A stretch of 64,000 bases of DNA from the NCBI RefSeq assembly GCF_963921235.1, contig NC_086108.1:56856001-56920000 (forward strand). Direction: 5' to 3'. Every line of letters starts with the position of its first letter. Position 1 is the stretch's first letter. The notes under the pieces were generated by a model that was given only the letters and a program-made list of their open reading frames with translations, made no database searches and had not been told where the DNA came from. Origin of the DNA: Mobula hypostoma. Its lineage: Eukaryota. This document shows, piece by piece, positions 10,650-24,070 of the stretch. The position numbers and the translations under genes were made by a program.

Positions 10650-13600
10650 TTTCAAGCTAGCTAGCAGGAAAAGTTGTACGATTTTTAACTTGCAACTGAA
10701 GGCTTCGCGGCTGCATGGGGATAAACACGAACTGAACAAATGAACGGCATTGAAGTGGGCTGCTGTGTGGTTAGCCAACATATATGCAACTCAAAAAGAT
10801 TGCATTACGATTGTTTTAAACGAGATAGAAACGTGATGAAATTATGGATACACTTCCGAGGATTTAAGAACTGAAACTCAAGCAACTTTTAAGTATGCAA
10901 ATTAGTTGGAGTTCACTGATTGTAAACCAACAGATTAGAAGTTGTAGAAGCTTCTGTCGGAAGTGACAGTTAAATTAGTAACAACACATTCAAGGGCTGA
11001 GAGGCAGACTGTAAATTAAAGGTTGTTAAAGGAAATATTTCATTTACCACATGAAGCTAGAGCCTTTGTTAAAAAGACAAAGGCAACTATGTTAATTTTG
11101 AAGAGGCAAAATAACATTCAAGGAAATCACCAAATCAGAGGGAACAACAAGTTTGATCAACAGATGGGTTATTTCACTGGAGATACAAGATACTGCAGAA
11201 TCTGAAGCAAAAATCAGTTATCGAGCATCGAGGGAGGGGGTATTGGGGCTTGGAGGGTGGGGTAATGGGGAGGATTTCTTAGCTTTGGGTTGAGACTCCG
11301 CATATTAAAACGTTTTAGTGTTCAAGAAATGTCTACTAAGTCCGCATAGATAACTAGGGCTAATGAATTGACTTTATTTCTTACATCCTTCATATATATG
11401 GAGTAAAAAATTTTACATTACGTCTAAATGTGCAAATTATCGTAATTTATAAATAGTATGCAGAAGTTAAACAAAATTAAAGATGGTTAGACATGAAAAG
11501 GGCTGAAAGTGCATTGTCCATGACAGGAGACCAGAAGAGATACTGCCCAAGGTGGTGGTGACAGATGGCAAGGCATCTGCTTAATAAAATGGTATATGAG
11601 GTATTAAATAGATTATTGAGAACACAATGTGTCAGAAATTGTTAAACTCATTGCCAGGTCCTCAAGGCAGAAGATCATGTGGTGTTCCTCCATTTTAGTT
11701 CAATGGAACATGGTAGGAGCCAAAGATTCAAAGGCTGATTGTATGCATGAATTTAAGCAGCAGGGATCTTGAAACAGTTTTTGTTAGGTCTGAAGTCAGA
11801 CCTACCAAGGAGGTCTTTTTCACTGTCTCCATCACGTTTCACTTCCATTCTAATTTGCTTCTTTTTGTCTCCCAGATCAGCCAAAATCTCTGAATTGCTA
11901 AACCAATCACATGCTCTCAATCCATCTGCATAAAATTCTGAAACTTAAACCCAGTCAAACTAAAACAAATTTAAATTGATGTTACTGCTTACCTTAAAAA
12001 CACAATCTGCTCATTTTGCCCCTCTGCCTGCATCATCCAAAATTTAGGCTAAAATTATTCCAAATAAACACTGATGCTACAAATGCATATCGACTTCAAT
12101 AAGTCAGTGCATATAGATTTGAATAAATCTTAACATTTAACATTAATGTAGCATATCTTTTATAACAATCTAATACTATTTGCAAGGGCCTGCATCTATT
12201 TGTTATATATATTTCCATTGCATCCATGATTGTCTGCTATCCCTTGAGAAAATCTTCAAAATTGGTGTCTTAAAAAGTACTGTCCAAGAAAAAGTCAAAC
12301 TTTATTTCACTGGAAATGTCAATGATACAGTTCAATGAAATCACAAACGCACTCCATTTATATCCCTTTTGCTCTCATTATTTGCCACAACTTTTCATTA
12401 ATTTATTTAATGATCGTCAGTGACCAACAATGCAAAGTATTTCCAAACTAAGGAAGCAATACACAACTGCCACTACACATAATGGAACTAAGATTCAGAA
12501 AAGCAATTTCAAAACTAAAGATCAACTTATGACCTGTTAACAGTGTTTGATTTATTTTATTGCTGATTGAAGTGTCAGATGTCAGTCCACCAAAAATAAG
12601 TATCATAGGCTTCACATTCCTCACACTGCTCTTGCAATTCAGCTTTTGAGCCACAAGGCACAGTAACCCCAAGTCAGTTTTAATTGGTACAGTGTATTGT
12701 TGGTCATGTTTAATATCAAAATGTTTTTAATACAAAGGCATTTTTAGATGCCTCCATTTCTTTTCCTTCACCTACCTCACCTTGTTGCATTCTTCCAGGA
12801 CTGAAACCACCTGCAATTGAGATACAAGTCCAAATCTTGCCACTTTATCCTCCTTCCTGCCAGAGGTTACATTCTTCACTGAAATTCCAACAATATGTTA
12901 TCACTAAAAACTAATTTATTTTTAATAATTTACTAACATTTGTATTTATTTAGGATACACTACCAATTATGGTACTTAATAGTCATGAAAATTAATTTGG
13001 CAATTTGTGGGCAAGCAGCAGAAAGCACCACACAAAGTTAATTTATTGCAAAAGCCCAATTTGTTCAATATTGCATAAGGGGCCAATCAGGTATATTGGG
13101 TGGCAGTTGTGCCAAGATTCCACAATTCCAGGAGGAACTAGTCATGCCCACTTGATCCTACCTACATAAAACCCCAACTTCCCCTTCTATGTTGATTGTT
13201 TATATCCTAGACAAGGGATGTGTTATAAATACAGGACTGCTAGCATAAACATTGCAAAATATTTATATTTACCTCGGTAACTCAATTTGTTTCTAGCAAT
13301 TTCCAACATTAGTCAGTACATCATTCTGACTTGTGGAATGACGAAGGAACACTAAAAGATATCTATTTATTAGCTCATTCTGCAATATATGCAGCAATTA
13401 AAAATTTGTAATCAATTTGCTTATTTATGCTAAACTTGAATATCATAAATATGAAGACCAATTAATTACCAATTGTTGGATTAAGTAACTAAATACATCA
13501 AGTGTAAATTAAAATCGGCTTTCCTTAGCAAGGATTGCTTTTCAGTAAGCTTTTCATTGTATTACTATGGAGAATATACACATCTTAAGTACAATCGCCA

Positions 13601-14092
13601 TGCTTTTCTTCATGGTATAAACAAAGCAGCTTTAAAGTATAAAGTTGGAACAAAACAAAATAACAAATACATTGCATGCACTGACATAATCCCACGTATT
13701 TAAAACAGATATCTGCACAGGTGCTTTGCAACCACTTCCTAATTAAAATCTGGGAGAAAAGACTGAAATGAAAAAGACAGTAGATGGAGGCTTAATATGG
13801 AGAAGAACAAGGTCATCCACCCCTGGACCCAACATACATAACGTTATATGTGAAATTGGGAACTGAGCATTTATTGAACTCTACATATACATTATTCACC
13901 AATTTTAGAGGGTATATACAAATGTACTGTATAAAAGGCCAATATTAAAATAGGCTTCAACAAAAATAAGTAGATTGCAATTATACAAAAGCTCCAGTTA
14001 CACCTTCTTGGCTCCATTCCACTGGAAAATATACTAGCTAGTGAAAATTAAGGATTACTAAAGTCAGTCAAATAAGCCAACAGAAGATGCCA

Positions 14093-14281
14093 AGCAACAC
14101 ACACACACATAATGCTGGAGGAACTCAGCAGCCAAACAGCATCTATGGCAAGGAGTACAGTCAGCATTCGGAGTCGAACCCCTTCCTGCCCAAAACATCA
14201 ACTGTATTCATTTCCATAGATGCTGCCTGGCCTGCAGTATTTTGTGTGTTGCTCATTTTTCCAGCATCTGCAGATTTGCTC
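14093..14281. mobile_element. PLE-derived fold-back element with decayed centre
   Basis: Inverted arms ACAC..AATGCTGGAGGAACTCAGCAG..CAGCATCTATGG and CCATAGATGCTGCCTGGCCTGC..TTTTGTGTGTTGC. Confidence 0.75.
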
Positions 14282-14764
14282 ATTTAAAAAAAAAATGCCC
14301 ATCAGCCAAGATCTAAAAAGCAGGTATACCTACTAGGGAATGGTAGACAGGATATAAGAGTCGGATCATGAAAATAGTTTGTGCAGCTTTAGTAATGCAT
14401 GATTGAAAACTTATACCTAATTCTAGTAGTCTTATTTTTATACACAGATGTGATTACTCCAGGTTCCCACCAGCAACTCAGATGTATTGTAAACTCAAAG
14501 AATAGCATATTATACTATTTTTTTAAAAACAAAAGATAGTCATGTTTTTGTTGGAAATATAAACATCCTGAGGACAACTCCACTGGGACAGAAGCCAGGT
14601 AGAGAATGTATGGTGGAGTTGGAACCAAGAAAGCATTGGAAGTTCTATACAACGAGATGCAATAAATATATCCATATATAACCTAGTTACCAATTTTCCA
14701 AACACCGAGTATTTAAAATTTGAGACACAGAAACAGAGTAATAATAGTGGGAGGTTAAGCCAGA

Positions 14765-14850
14765 TGTGTGTGTGTGTGAGTGTGTGTGTGTGTGTGAGTG
14801 TGTGAGTGTGTGAGTGTGTGTGTGAGTGTGAGTGAGAGTGAGAGAAAGAA
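14765..14850. repeat. (GT)n/(GAGT)n/(GA)n compound microsatellite
   Basis: Read directly from the sequence. Confidence 0.95.
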
Positions 14851-15579
14851 AGAAAATCAGGCTAATACCGTGTAAAATCAGGAAGTGGTGATGCTATAAA
14901 CAAGTTCACCAGTAGATGAGTTGAGGTAGTTTTTATAAAATGGGCATTGTTTGCAATTGAATAGCTGAAAGTCAAAGAAGCATATGGTCAGACAATAAGG
15001 TTGGAAACTTTGGTTCACCCAGGGATGGTACCCAGTTAGAGAAACAATGGTTAGAATAGTCATTTTCCAGATATTTTAGCATTAGTCTCACATTCGGCTG
15101 TAGGAAGTTAAGCACAAATTGAATTTTGAAACACCCATCAATAGTAGGTTTAAGGTGGGCCAAAGCTAGAGGATGGCACCTCTAACAAGCGTGGAAACTA
15201 TGTGCAATGTTGTTGCTTAGTAGAAAGAGTAGCCAAAGACAAAATCCTACTGTGGATGAGGTAGTCTCCCAAGAGAAAACCTTTGATATACAGTATGCCA
15301 AAATGATCAGACCAGTAACACTGCATCCAAGCTGAATGAGACAGTGGAGGAAGACCACTGGTAAGCACAATACAGAAGGGTCAGAAAAATAGCAAAGTGA
15401 AATGATGCACTCTTAAGGATATGTCAGTGCTATTATTAAAGAGTTAAAAACCCTCAATATCTAAAAATTATGAAATCTACTGAGAGAGGAATGTTGGAAA
15501 CTGGGTAGCACTTAGAATAGTGGTTAATATACTTGAAGTAGAAAACTGAATTTGTTTTGTGTAATACTGCAATGTTTCA

Positions 15580-16835
15580 GCTCAAGTCTTGGGTACTCTA
15601 GATTTTTAATACAAATTTTGTTTGATATTTTATGCCATCTGCTTTAGTGTCAGCAGGAAACAGTGCATTTTAGAGTTAACATTAAAAAAAAATTTAAAAT
15701 ATTGTGGTGTGTTGAACTATTGAGTAATAGACCGCATTTCAAGTAAAAACTGGATTACTCTGTAGGTATATAGCCGAGTGCATGATTAAACAAACAGATG
15801 CTAATGATCAATGACATGAGTTGACTGAACCAAACTGACTAACTGAAACACAAACAGTGTAGAAGGAATCAAACCAGGCAAAAAAAAACAACCAAATTTA
15901 AAGGTATGGTAGATCTGAATTTAACCTTCAAATCATCAATTCTTACACCATGGCGAGAGTGAATATAGCAACAAGACAAGGTGGGCACCCTACATCAACA
16001 AGGTCTCTCCCAAGCAAAAATGTTGCAGTAAACAGGAGTTTCAAGTCGTGTTGTCCAAGTTCTTCTGAAATACAAAGAAACAGGAAACACAGTGGCTGGC
16101 CATGGAAACTGAGTGCAGCAGACAAGAGATACTTCAAACTGACGCCCCTGCTAAATCAAAGTCCAGCACTGAACTCACAGAAGCCACTGGAACCCAAGTA
16201 ATCCCTCTACAATCCAGATGTTTGTCTGAAGCGGTCTCCATGGAAGAGTTGCTGCCAAAAAAAAGTCATTCCTCCAAAGCGAAACAAAACCAAGAGACTC
16301 GCTTATGTACAAATACACAAGAACTGGGTGCTGAACATTAGCAGCAAGTGCTTTGGAATCTTTGAAATTTTTGGCTCAAACAGGAGGCAGTTTGTCCATA
16401 GAACAGCTGGAGAGCGCAATATGGATGAGTCTGCAGGCAACAGTGAAGCACTACAGATTCCCTGCAGATTTAGAGCTGCATTTCTGCCAATGGAGTTGGT
16501 GATCTGGTCAGAATTAATGGAATCCTCATTGCCGAGTACAAGCAGCTTCTCATCAATTACGCATTATCAATCAGCAGAACAATGACCCCAAGGTCATAAA
16601 GAACTACTGTATCTTCAGCAAAAACAAGGAGTTCTGCAACAGATGGTATGACCTCTACAGAGCCATGATCTCAGTATCATCGACAGTCTGGGATTACCTA
16701 GACAGACAGAAGCAAGAGAGACAGCCAGTCTCTAAGATGCTTGAAACAACCTACCAGCTGATTTTCTTATAAAAGTGCATAACAGTGTACATTGAGAACT
16801 GACGTCGTTTTAACAGCAAAGGGTGGTCACCAAAT
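15580..16835 (+). mobile_element. Degraded Tc1-family DNA transposon
   Basis: Remnants MARVNIATRQ, RKHSGWPWKLSAADKRYFKL, EIFGSNRRQFV and a PQSPDLNII-like motif; 5' end similar to the TIR of the 52879-54111 element. Confidence 0.8.
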
Positions 16836-17756
16836 GCAGATAGCTAGTTATCAAAAAACAGAAAAGTGCATGGGTTACTCAGCAAGCCAGCCAAATCCTT
16901 GCAAAGTTCAGGTTCATGTCCTTTCATTATAGCTTTAAACTAATATTTTCTGCTTTATTTTAGATTTACAGTACGTACTCTCTATTGACTTCTCATTTTT
17001 TTTAAAACTTAAAAACAGGTTTACAAATACCATGCTGCCTTTAACCTGCAGCTAATTAAAGCAAGGTGACAGGATCTCAAATGAGTTTCCCTTAGCCTGG
17101 GCATAGAGAATATTTTTCTTGTCCTAAATTAGTAGTACATGAGACTACGTCTTCAAGTAATGCACTGCAGCCAAATCTATACTTATGATTCTTTCAATAC
17201 CAAGGCACATGGCCATCCCAGAAACATACATTTAATTGTGAAGTTGCTGTATTGAGATATTATAAAAAATATTAATTGTGAAAACATTCCTTATTTATCA
17301 TAAGGATAATTGGCTGCATGGAGATTTGTCCCAAGTCTGTAGTCTTGCAAATAGCAATTCTAAATACATACAACTGCAACCTTGATGTAGATGTCAGTAA
17401 AAATCCATCTTTAGAATATCTTACAGCAATTCTGTTAAGTAGGATTCAATAAATACTAACTGATAAATCTTTGAAGTGGAGATGGTAAATGAAGAATTTT
17501 GTGATTATTAATGCTTGTAGGTGTCTAGATAATTTCCAAAGGTATCAATGGGTATGAGGATGCTAAAAGACTATTGCAAAATGAAATCCATTTTAACATT
17601 GCATAGCAAAAAATACTTCCTAAAAACTAACCACTGCTCTGCTGTAAAAGAACAGTTTGATGCACTGAGCAAGGGTAAAATTAGCAGATTTTTCAAATTA
17701 TCAACAGGACCAAAACTTTCCCAACCGTGGATCAACTCAGATCAGTATATTTCTTA

Positions 17757-17975
17757 CAACACACACAAAATGCCCGAGGAACTCAGCAGGCAAGGCAGGA
17801 TCTATGGAAAAAAGTACAGTCGACACTTCGGGCTGAGACCCTTCAGCAGGACTAGCAGGACTTGGCCCAAAACGCCAACAATGTGTGTTTTATTCTCCAT
17901 AGCTGCCACTTGACCTGCTGAGTTCCTCCAGCATTTTGTGTGTTGCTTTGGTTTCCAGCATCTGCAGATTTTCTC
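17757..17975. mobile_element. PLE-derived fold-back element with 14-bp TSD and a degenerate minus-strand hammerhead
   Basis: Inverted arms; TSD CAGTATATTTCTTA (17743-17756) and CAGTATATTCCCTA (17976-17989); minus strand reads AGTCCTGCTGAAGGGTCTCAGCCCGAAGTGTCGACT. Confidence 0.85.
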
Positions 17976-19487
17976 CAGTATATTCCCTAACAATTTTTAT
18001 CCACAGGAAAACTTTGCACCTCACCTCCTGCGAGAAAACAGACAGGGAACAGGTATCTATCCCATCATCTGAATACTCAACACCAACCACGTGAAGTGAC
18101 ATTGAAAACTACTAAGCAATGCAAAACGTCTTCCTGCTGTACCCAAACTAACATAATTCACAACTGCTTTCACTACTACTCAAAGACAAACATCAACTTC
18201 TTTTAATACATTATGTTACCTGTGTCTCAGTGTTTTTGGGATTTAAAAAAAATAGCAATTTGCTGTCAACATCCATTTGAGCTTACTGGTGTGATGTTAA
18301 ACCTATACAATATTAAGATGTGTATATTCGAACTTGGCATTTGCAAATATCAAAAGAAATGTGGTATTTTACTAGCTGACAATGGTACCTCATTTTTTGA
18401 TAACATTTCAAAAACACTTATTAGAACTTTAGGAACCAAAAGCTGGGTTTCCAATGTAACACTTTGTTCAAAATCCCCATTTCCAGTACTTCGGGCTTGC
18501 CATAATACTAAAAAAAATACACAGCATTGAGGTGGCTCAGCAAATTGAAATTATAGATTCAGTGCCTTAAAAATAGTGGACAACATAGACTGCTGTAGAG
18601 AGTGGCTAGTCTTCTTTCAGCAACCATGAAGGGCAGGCAAAATGTTAAATAGAAGTCAAAGCAAAAAGGCCTGGACATACTAATGTAGCAGTACCTAAAT
18701 AGTACTACTTAGCAGAGGTCTTGGAACGTGAATCCCACCATTCTTGGGGGAAAAAAGTACGGTCCAGTGAGGTTTTCTAAATAAGCCAAAGGATTCAGAA
18801 GGCATGAGTGGACAGGACTTCTTATGTGCTCCTAACAGGGTTGTATAGACATTACAATAGCTTCCAAAGTACAGCTGGATAATATCCAGAAGAGTTACTT
18901 CAGTGGTAAGAGAAAAATGGGAATAGTGAAATTAAGCAAATTCTTCATTGAAAGAGGTGGCGAGGATCTGTAAAGTAAAATACCCACCTTCTTCTATACT
19001 GCAGTAATTAATGTTGATATTTACCAGCACTTACCACTGTTAAGACTTTACAGGAAAAGTTATTATCTGCAAAACAATTTGGTAGTAAATACTTTAATCA
19101 CATTTATCTGTTCCATTAGCTAAAATTTCAAAATCTTTCAGAATGCACCACAATTCAAATGGTAGGGTCGGCTATGGAAAACCACTGCACTGTCAAGCTG
19201 CAATGAAGAATTTCCCAGAAAAATGTCATCTTGAGACTGGTATCTTTTCCATTCTTGTATTTCCTCCAAACCAACTGTACCAGTTGAGATATGGATCAGC
19301 ACCATACCAAACTGCACTCGGAGTGAATATCTGTTGAAGGCAAAAGGATTCTAAATGTATTGAAATAAGCACCTCATTGGACTCATAATGCACACTCTTC
19401 ACACCTATATTTTTAGATAGGAAATGCATATTTAAGCAGCAATACAAAAAAAGTATCAATTCATGAAGAATGCATAATTTCTGAAAA

Positions 19488-19493
19488 TTTATT
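19488..19493 (-). promoter_or_regulatory. Candidate proximal SERBP1 polyadenylation signal
   Basis: AATAAA on the minus strand about 250 nt after the stop codon; longer 3' UTRs are possible. Confidence 0.45.
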
Positions 19494-19745
19494 ATGAAAA
19501 CAGATTTTCCCTCTGCTACCATTTTTGTGGATATAAAATCAGCTATCAGTATTTGTTGCTTCTGTGTAGCAAGAGAAGTCCATTTCAACAACTCCTTGTG
19601 AACAGTTCATAGGTGTGAATGGTATGGATGACAGTCTTTTTTTCTCTTTTTCCTGTTAATATGGTTGAGAAGGGTTCCTTTAGCATGCAAGCCTCACAGA
19701 GTGGGGGCCCTCCCGAGGACTTCAGGCCAGGCTGACGACTTCCAT

Positions 19746-19802
19746 TTAGGCCAGAGCTGGGAAAGCTTCTGGGTCATCGACATTTGGAACAGAGATGCTA
19801 GA
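19746..19802 (-). CDS. SERBP1: SERBP1 last coding exon (SSISVPNVDDPEAFPALA*)
   Basis: ttttgcag acceptor, phase 0; conserved C-terminus DDPEAFPALA followed by TAA. Confidence 0.96.
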   Translation of the reverse strand, partial: SSISVPNVDDPEAFPALA

Positions 19803-20550
19803 CTGCAAAATTTAAAAAAAAAACTGATCAGTAACACTAAATTTGAAAAATAGGTGTGCAACAGACTAGCTTAAGAAATGAAAAACATCTTTTGAGTCAT
19901 TCAAATTCCCAACACTTTACAAACTTGTGAATTAGTACAGTACAATATATATTAATGTAGTAATAAGCTTCATACCTAAAAGTGAACATTTAAAATTAAA
20001 TCACAAATGTTGGCTGTCAAGCATCCAGCATGCTTTAATCTACATACCCATACAGCCACTTTCAGGGTGAATGGATTAATACCCAAAGTCTTTTTCTATT
20101 CGAGAGGGCTCTCCAAGGCCTGACCATCCTAGCATTTTGTCTGTCTTACCTTTAACCCTCCAAATGTATCAATCTGCACTTGGAACATGGAATTTAATCC
20201 TAACATTGCTCCTCCCTCTTTACTAATCAACATCATGGTGCAGACGGACAATCCTGTTATCTACCACACCACTAACTTCCAGGTCATCTTCAAACTTAAT
20301 AATACCTCCTACATTCAAATCCAATTCATTAATACTTAGCACAAATGTTAGGGGACCCAGTAACAATCCTCATTTCACTTACCAGTTCTGCAATCTGCTC
20401 CACCAGTCTAAACTTGTGCACATACATCCAGGAAATAAAATTCCTGTGTCCCCAGTCGACATTCCCTCTCCTTGTAACCCCCCCCCCACCAAAATGCATC
20501 CCATAATTTCTTGGAATTGAGCAGTTCTAACTTGAAAATGACTGAAGTGC

Positions 20551-22246
20551 CAAATGGATTTCAAGCTTTATCTGGCAAGGAAAGAAACCTAGAATCCAAT
20601 TTAACACCTTACAGTTAGGAAAGAAAGGAGGAGGTAAGGCACTTCCTTGTTTGAGAAATTATTTTTATGCTTCACAGATAACCCCTCTGTTATATTGGTG
20701 TAATGGGGACTATAAGGCTAGATGGAAGGAATTGGAATTTGGATTGATTGACAGTTTTCCTCTACTGGCCTCAATAGCGGACAAAGGATTGATGGCCCAA
20801 TTGGAAGAGATTAAAAACAGCTGGATAAATCTCACATTAAAAGTATGGCAGAAGGTGGCTAATTCATGTGGAATCAATAACATGTTAAAACTTTTCAGAT
20901 GGTGTGCTTATGATACCAAATTTCTTCCCAGCAGAGGAGATAAAAAATTTGAACTGTGGATAAAGAAAGGTCTTACAACCTTTCTCTCATTCACATATAA
21001 AAGTGTATTACAAAGTTTTCAATCCCTGCAGGACAAACATGGCCTAGAACACAATGACTTTTTAAGTACCTTCAAGTACGACATCATGTTAACCAGAGTT
21101 GTAGATATATAGACTTATCAACAGTAGAATTAGAATTTTTCAAGATTCTGAATTTGGCTTACAGTTCAATACCAAGTAAATCAATTTCTCAATTATATAA
21201 TGCCCTCTCTCATGCCAAAAATGAAAACACATTGTATATTAAAGAGAAGTGGGAGAAAGAAACAGGGTTGGTACTTTCAGAGGAGGCTTGGGGGAGAATA
21301 TGCAGCTTCCAGTGGTCTTCGACTAACTGATTTGGAAAGAACATTGTTGGAAAAATATAAGATATTTCAAGACCCCATACCAGGAAAAATATACAGACAC
21401 AAACAAACGTGGCGTGTTGGAGAAGGTGTGGCACCAAGGAGGCAAATCATTTGCACATTTTTTTGGGATTGCCCTAAATTAAGTTTCTATTGGGAAGGTA
21501 TTCACAGAACATTAGTTAAGGTATTTAAGACTCATACCTCTGAACTTTCAGACTCTCTACTTGGGGCATGTATTGTTTTTGGAACAGAAGATAGATATAA
21601 AGCTGTTGCAGGCCCTTTTAGCAGCAAGTAAGAAATCAATCACCAGAAAGTGGTTAAATCCAACATCACCTACATTAGAAGACTGGTATGAAATAATTTT
21701 GGAAATATTTAAAATGGAAAAGATGACCTACTCTAAGAATTCAAAAGGAAATTTTTTTAAATCAAATTTGAAATAAATGGATTGATATTTATAACCCCAG
21801 AGCCAGCAGACTTTAGATGACTCTCCTAATGGTTTCTACTGTTTGTCTCACCAACATAGTAAGCGTGTTAATGTAAGCACCTTTGGCTCGAATGTTTACT
21901 GTTTTTTTTTGGGAAAATGTGGAATTAACACAAGTAAAAAGATCTGGGGAAATTTTGGACCAGAAAGAAATGGACCAGAAGAGATACATGGAAATTAGTA
22001 TTCAACCACTATTAATATTTTTATAACAACTATTATCATTATTTAGTTTAATAGAGTGGAATTACAATTGCACATAAACATATACCTAATTATTTTCTGT
22101 ATTATCTCAATATGCACTTGTGAATGTACAAATTAATATAAATTTATTCACATAAAAAATGGAAAAGGTTATATATGTTAAAAAAGTTGGTGTACTACTT
22201 GTGAATACCTTATCTAAATAAAAACAAAATTTTAAAAAGTTTTAAA
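20551..22246 (+). mobile_element. L1/Tx1-like LINE 3' fragment in the last SERBP1 intron (antisense to the gene)
   Basis: FIWQGKKPRI..GG..LP.LRNYFYA and a CWRRCG..ANHLHIFWDCPKL zinc knuckle; A-rich tail; imperfect 16-bp TSD AAAATGAyTGAAsTGC (20535-20550 and 22247-22262). Confidence 0.88.
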
Positions 22247-22891
22247 AAAATGATTGAACTGCATGTTTTATTTAAACCACATTTTAAAATTCAGCTGTCC
22301 CTTAATAAACAAGTAACAGCCCAAACTTTTATAAATCCATTAGATACAGATTGAGCACCTGTTAATACTCCACAGCAATTTAAGATTTATTCTATTAAAT
22401 TCTACCTGCCTGCCCAAGATGTTTCTGGAAATAATCCTTATTACAAAGACTTCTAACATGCTAAAAGGTAGATAATCCCACTCCAACTATTCTCCCCTGG
22501 CTGGAGCAAAATTTTTAAGCATAGATGCTCACAGGGTAGAAAACTGCTTTAATGTAGCACTTTTCATAAACTGAGGAAGCTTAGATATTACAATAACAGC
22601 ACTAGACATTCTTTCTTAGCTATGGTATCTACAGATTGTGAAAGATGCAAGTCTCTTTCTTCCTTCTGCATTCTTTTATAAATCTAGCCAGTTTGTGTAG
22701 AGTTTGTTAAATTATGGAAGCAACCACTAATATAAATATATGTAATATATAGTATATCATATGCTATATATATATATTATATATAGTAGTATCATAGATG
22801 CTATTTGCTATTACAATGTTTTCTTTAACACTCCAGTCTTGTTAAAATATGGAGTGTCATGCATTTAAAACTGCAGTCCAACTGTTGATAC

Positions 22892-23065
22892 CTTATCTGG
22901 TCTCATTCCACGGATGCTCCTGCCAGCACCACCACGGCCACGGCCACCTCGGCCTCGGCCACCACGACCAGGGCGGCCCAAATCACCAAAATTGATCTCC
23001 AGCTGAGAGGTTATATCATTTGCTGGTTTGCGGAAGTGATGGTCCAGAGCAGATTCATCAGAAAC
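22892..23065 (-). CDS. SERBP1: SERBP1 penultimate exon ([41 protein letters not shown]...DK)
   Basis: caacatag acceptor and AAG|gtatca donor; 174 nt, phase 0-0; conserved [20 protein letters not shown] and RGG box. Confidence 0.96.
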
Positions 23066-23534
23066 CTATGTTGAAAGAAGATTAGCTCAAATTCAAAACC
23101 TTCACAGCAGTCATTCTATAAATCACTGAAATGCAAGCCTTTTTTAAAGTGTAAACCATGTATTTTGCACAATGCATATGCAATACAGTTCAATGCTTAA
23201 AAGATAACAAAATCAAAACTGTAGAAAAACTATAGAAACATAGCTTTTCAAAACAATCCCCCATTGTTTTAAGATGTACTTCAATCAACTCAAGTTTTAT
23301 TTGTATTAAAAATGCAAACTGGGAGGAACAATACCCCACATCCAAAATAGAAAATTAACATGCATTTTCAAATTACATTTCAAACAGGTCATTAATACGC
23401 ATCAAGAACCAAGCACAAATAAATTGTCTCTACTGATGTGAACTTTAATATTACCTGCATTTCAAAACTAGACACACCTCAATCAAGTTAGTTAGATGCA
23501 ACATTTCATGGGAAGGGGCTTTATATAAAATAAA

Positions 23535-24070
23535 GGTTGTCATCAGGCTGTCATAGCCAGGGGTTGTAACGGAGATAAGCTCCAACTACCTATTAATGTT
23601 CCCAATGGACAGCATCTCAAATTGCATTTGACAACCAAGTCCAGCTCCTGGCCTTCATGTATGACTTATCTACTAAGCCTGGTGGAATAGTTTCTACTGA
23701 CAGAAAGGGCAAAGGTGGATTATGGCACCTTAAAAGCATTTTTTTCAAGCAGATGGGGCTAGTCAGCCATGGCAGGCTAATCATCTCAAAGGAAAACTGA
23801 TCTCAAATCTCCAGTCTTGTGGCTACACCTACTCACGGGGAAGGTCTCAGGAGTAAAACCCGAGGGGGAGGGGGAAAATTGAGAGCTGGAGTCCCAAGGG
23901 CAGTCCTACATTGAGTTCAACATTGATTTGCAACTCCTGCGACACTGCTGGTGCTAAACTGTACTGGTCTCTGTCATTCATCAGCTGCATAGGCAACAGC
24001 TTGCTCTTCTGTATCATAATGCCCTGGCTTGTGTATCAAGTATAGAGCTAGAACAAAATATCCATAGTCA
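23535..24070 (+). repeat. Interspersed repeat, possibly the 5' region of an RTE-like element
   Basis: GC-richer block within an AT-rich intron, with internal complementary segments; family assignment is from recall only. Confidence 0.4.

Noticed and set aside
22730..22800. TA-rich quasi-palindrome
   Set aside because: Low-complexity (TA)n decay with no TIR or TSD structure.
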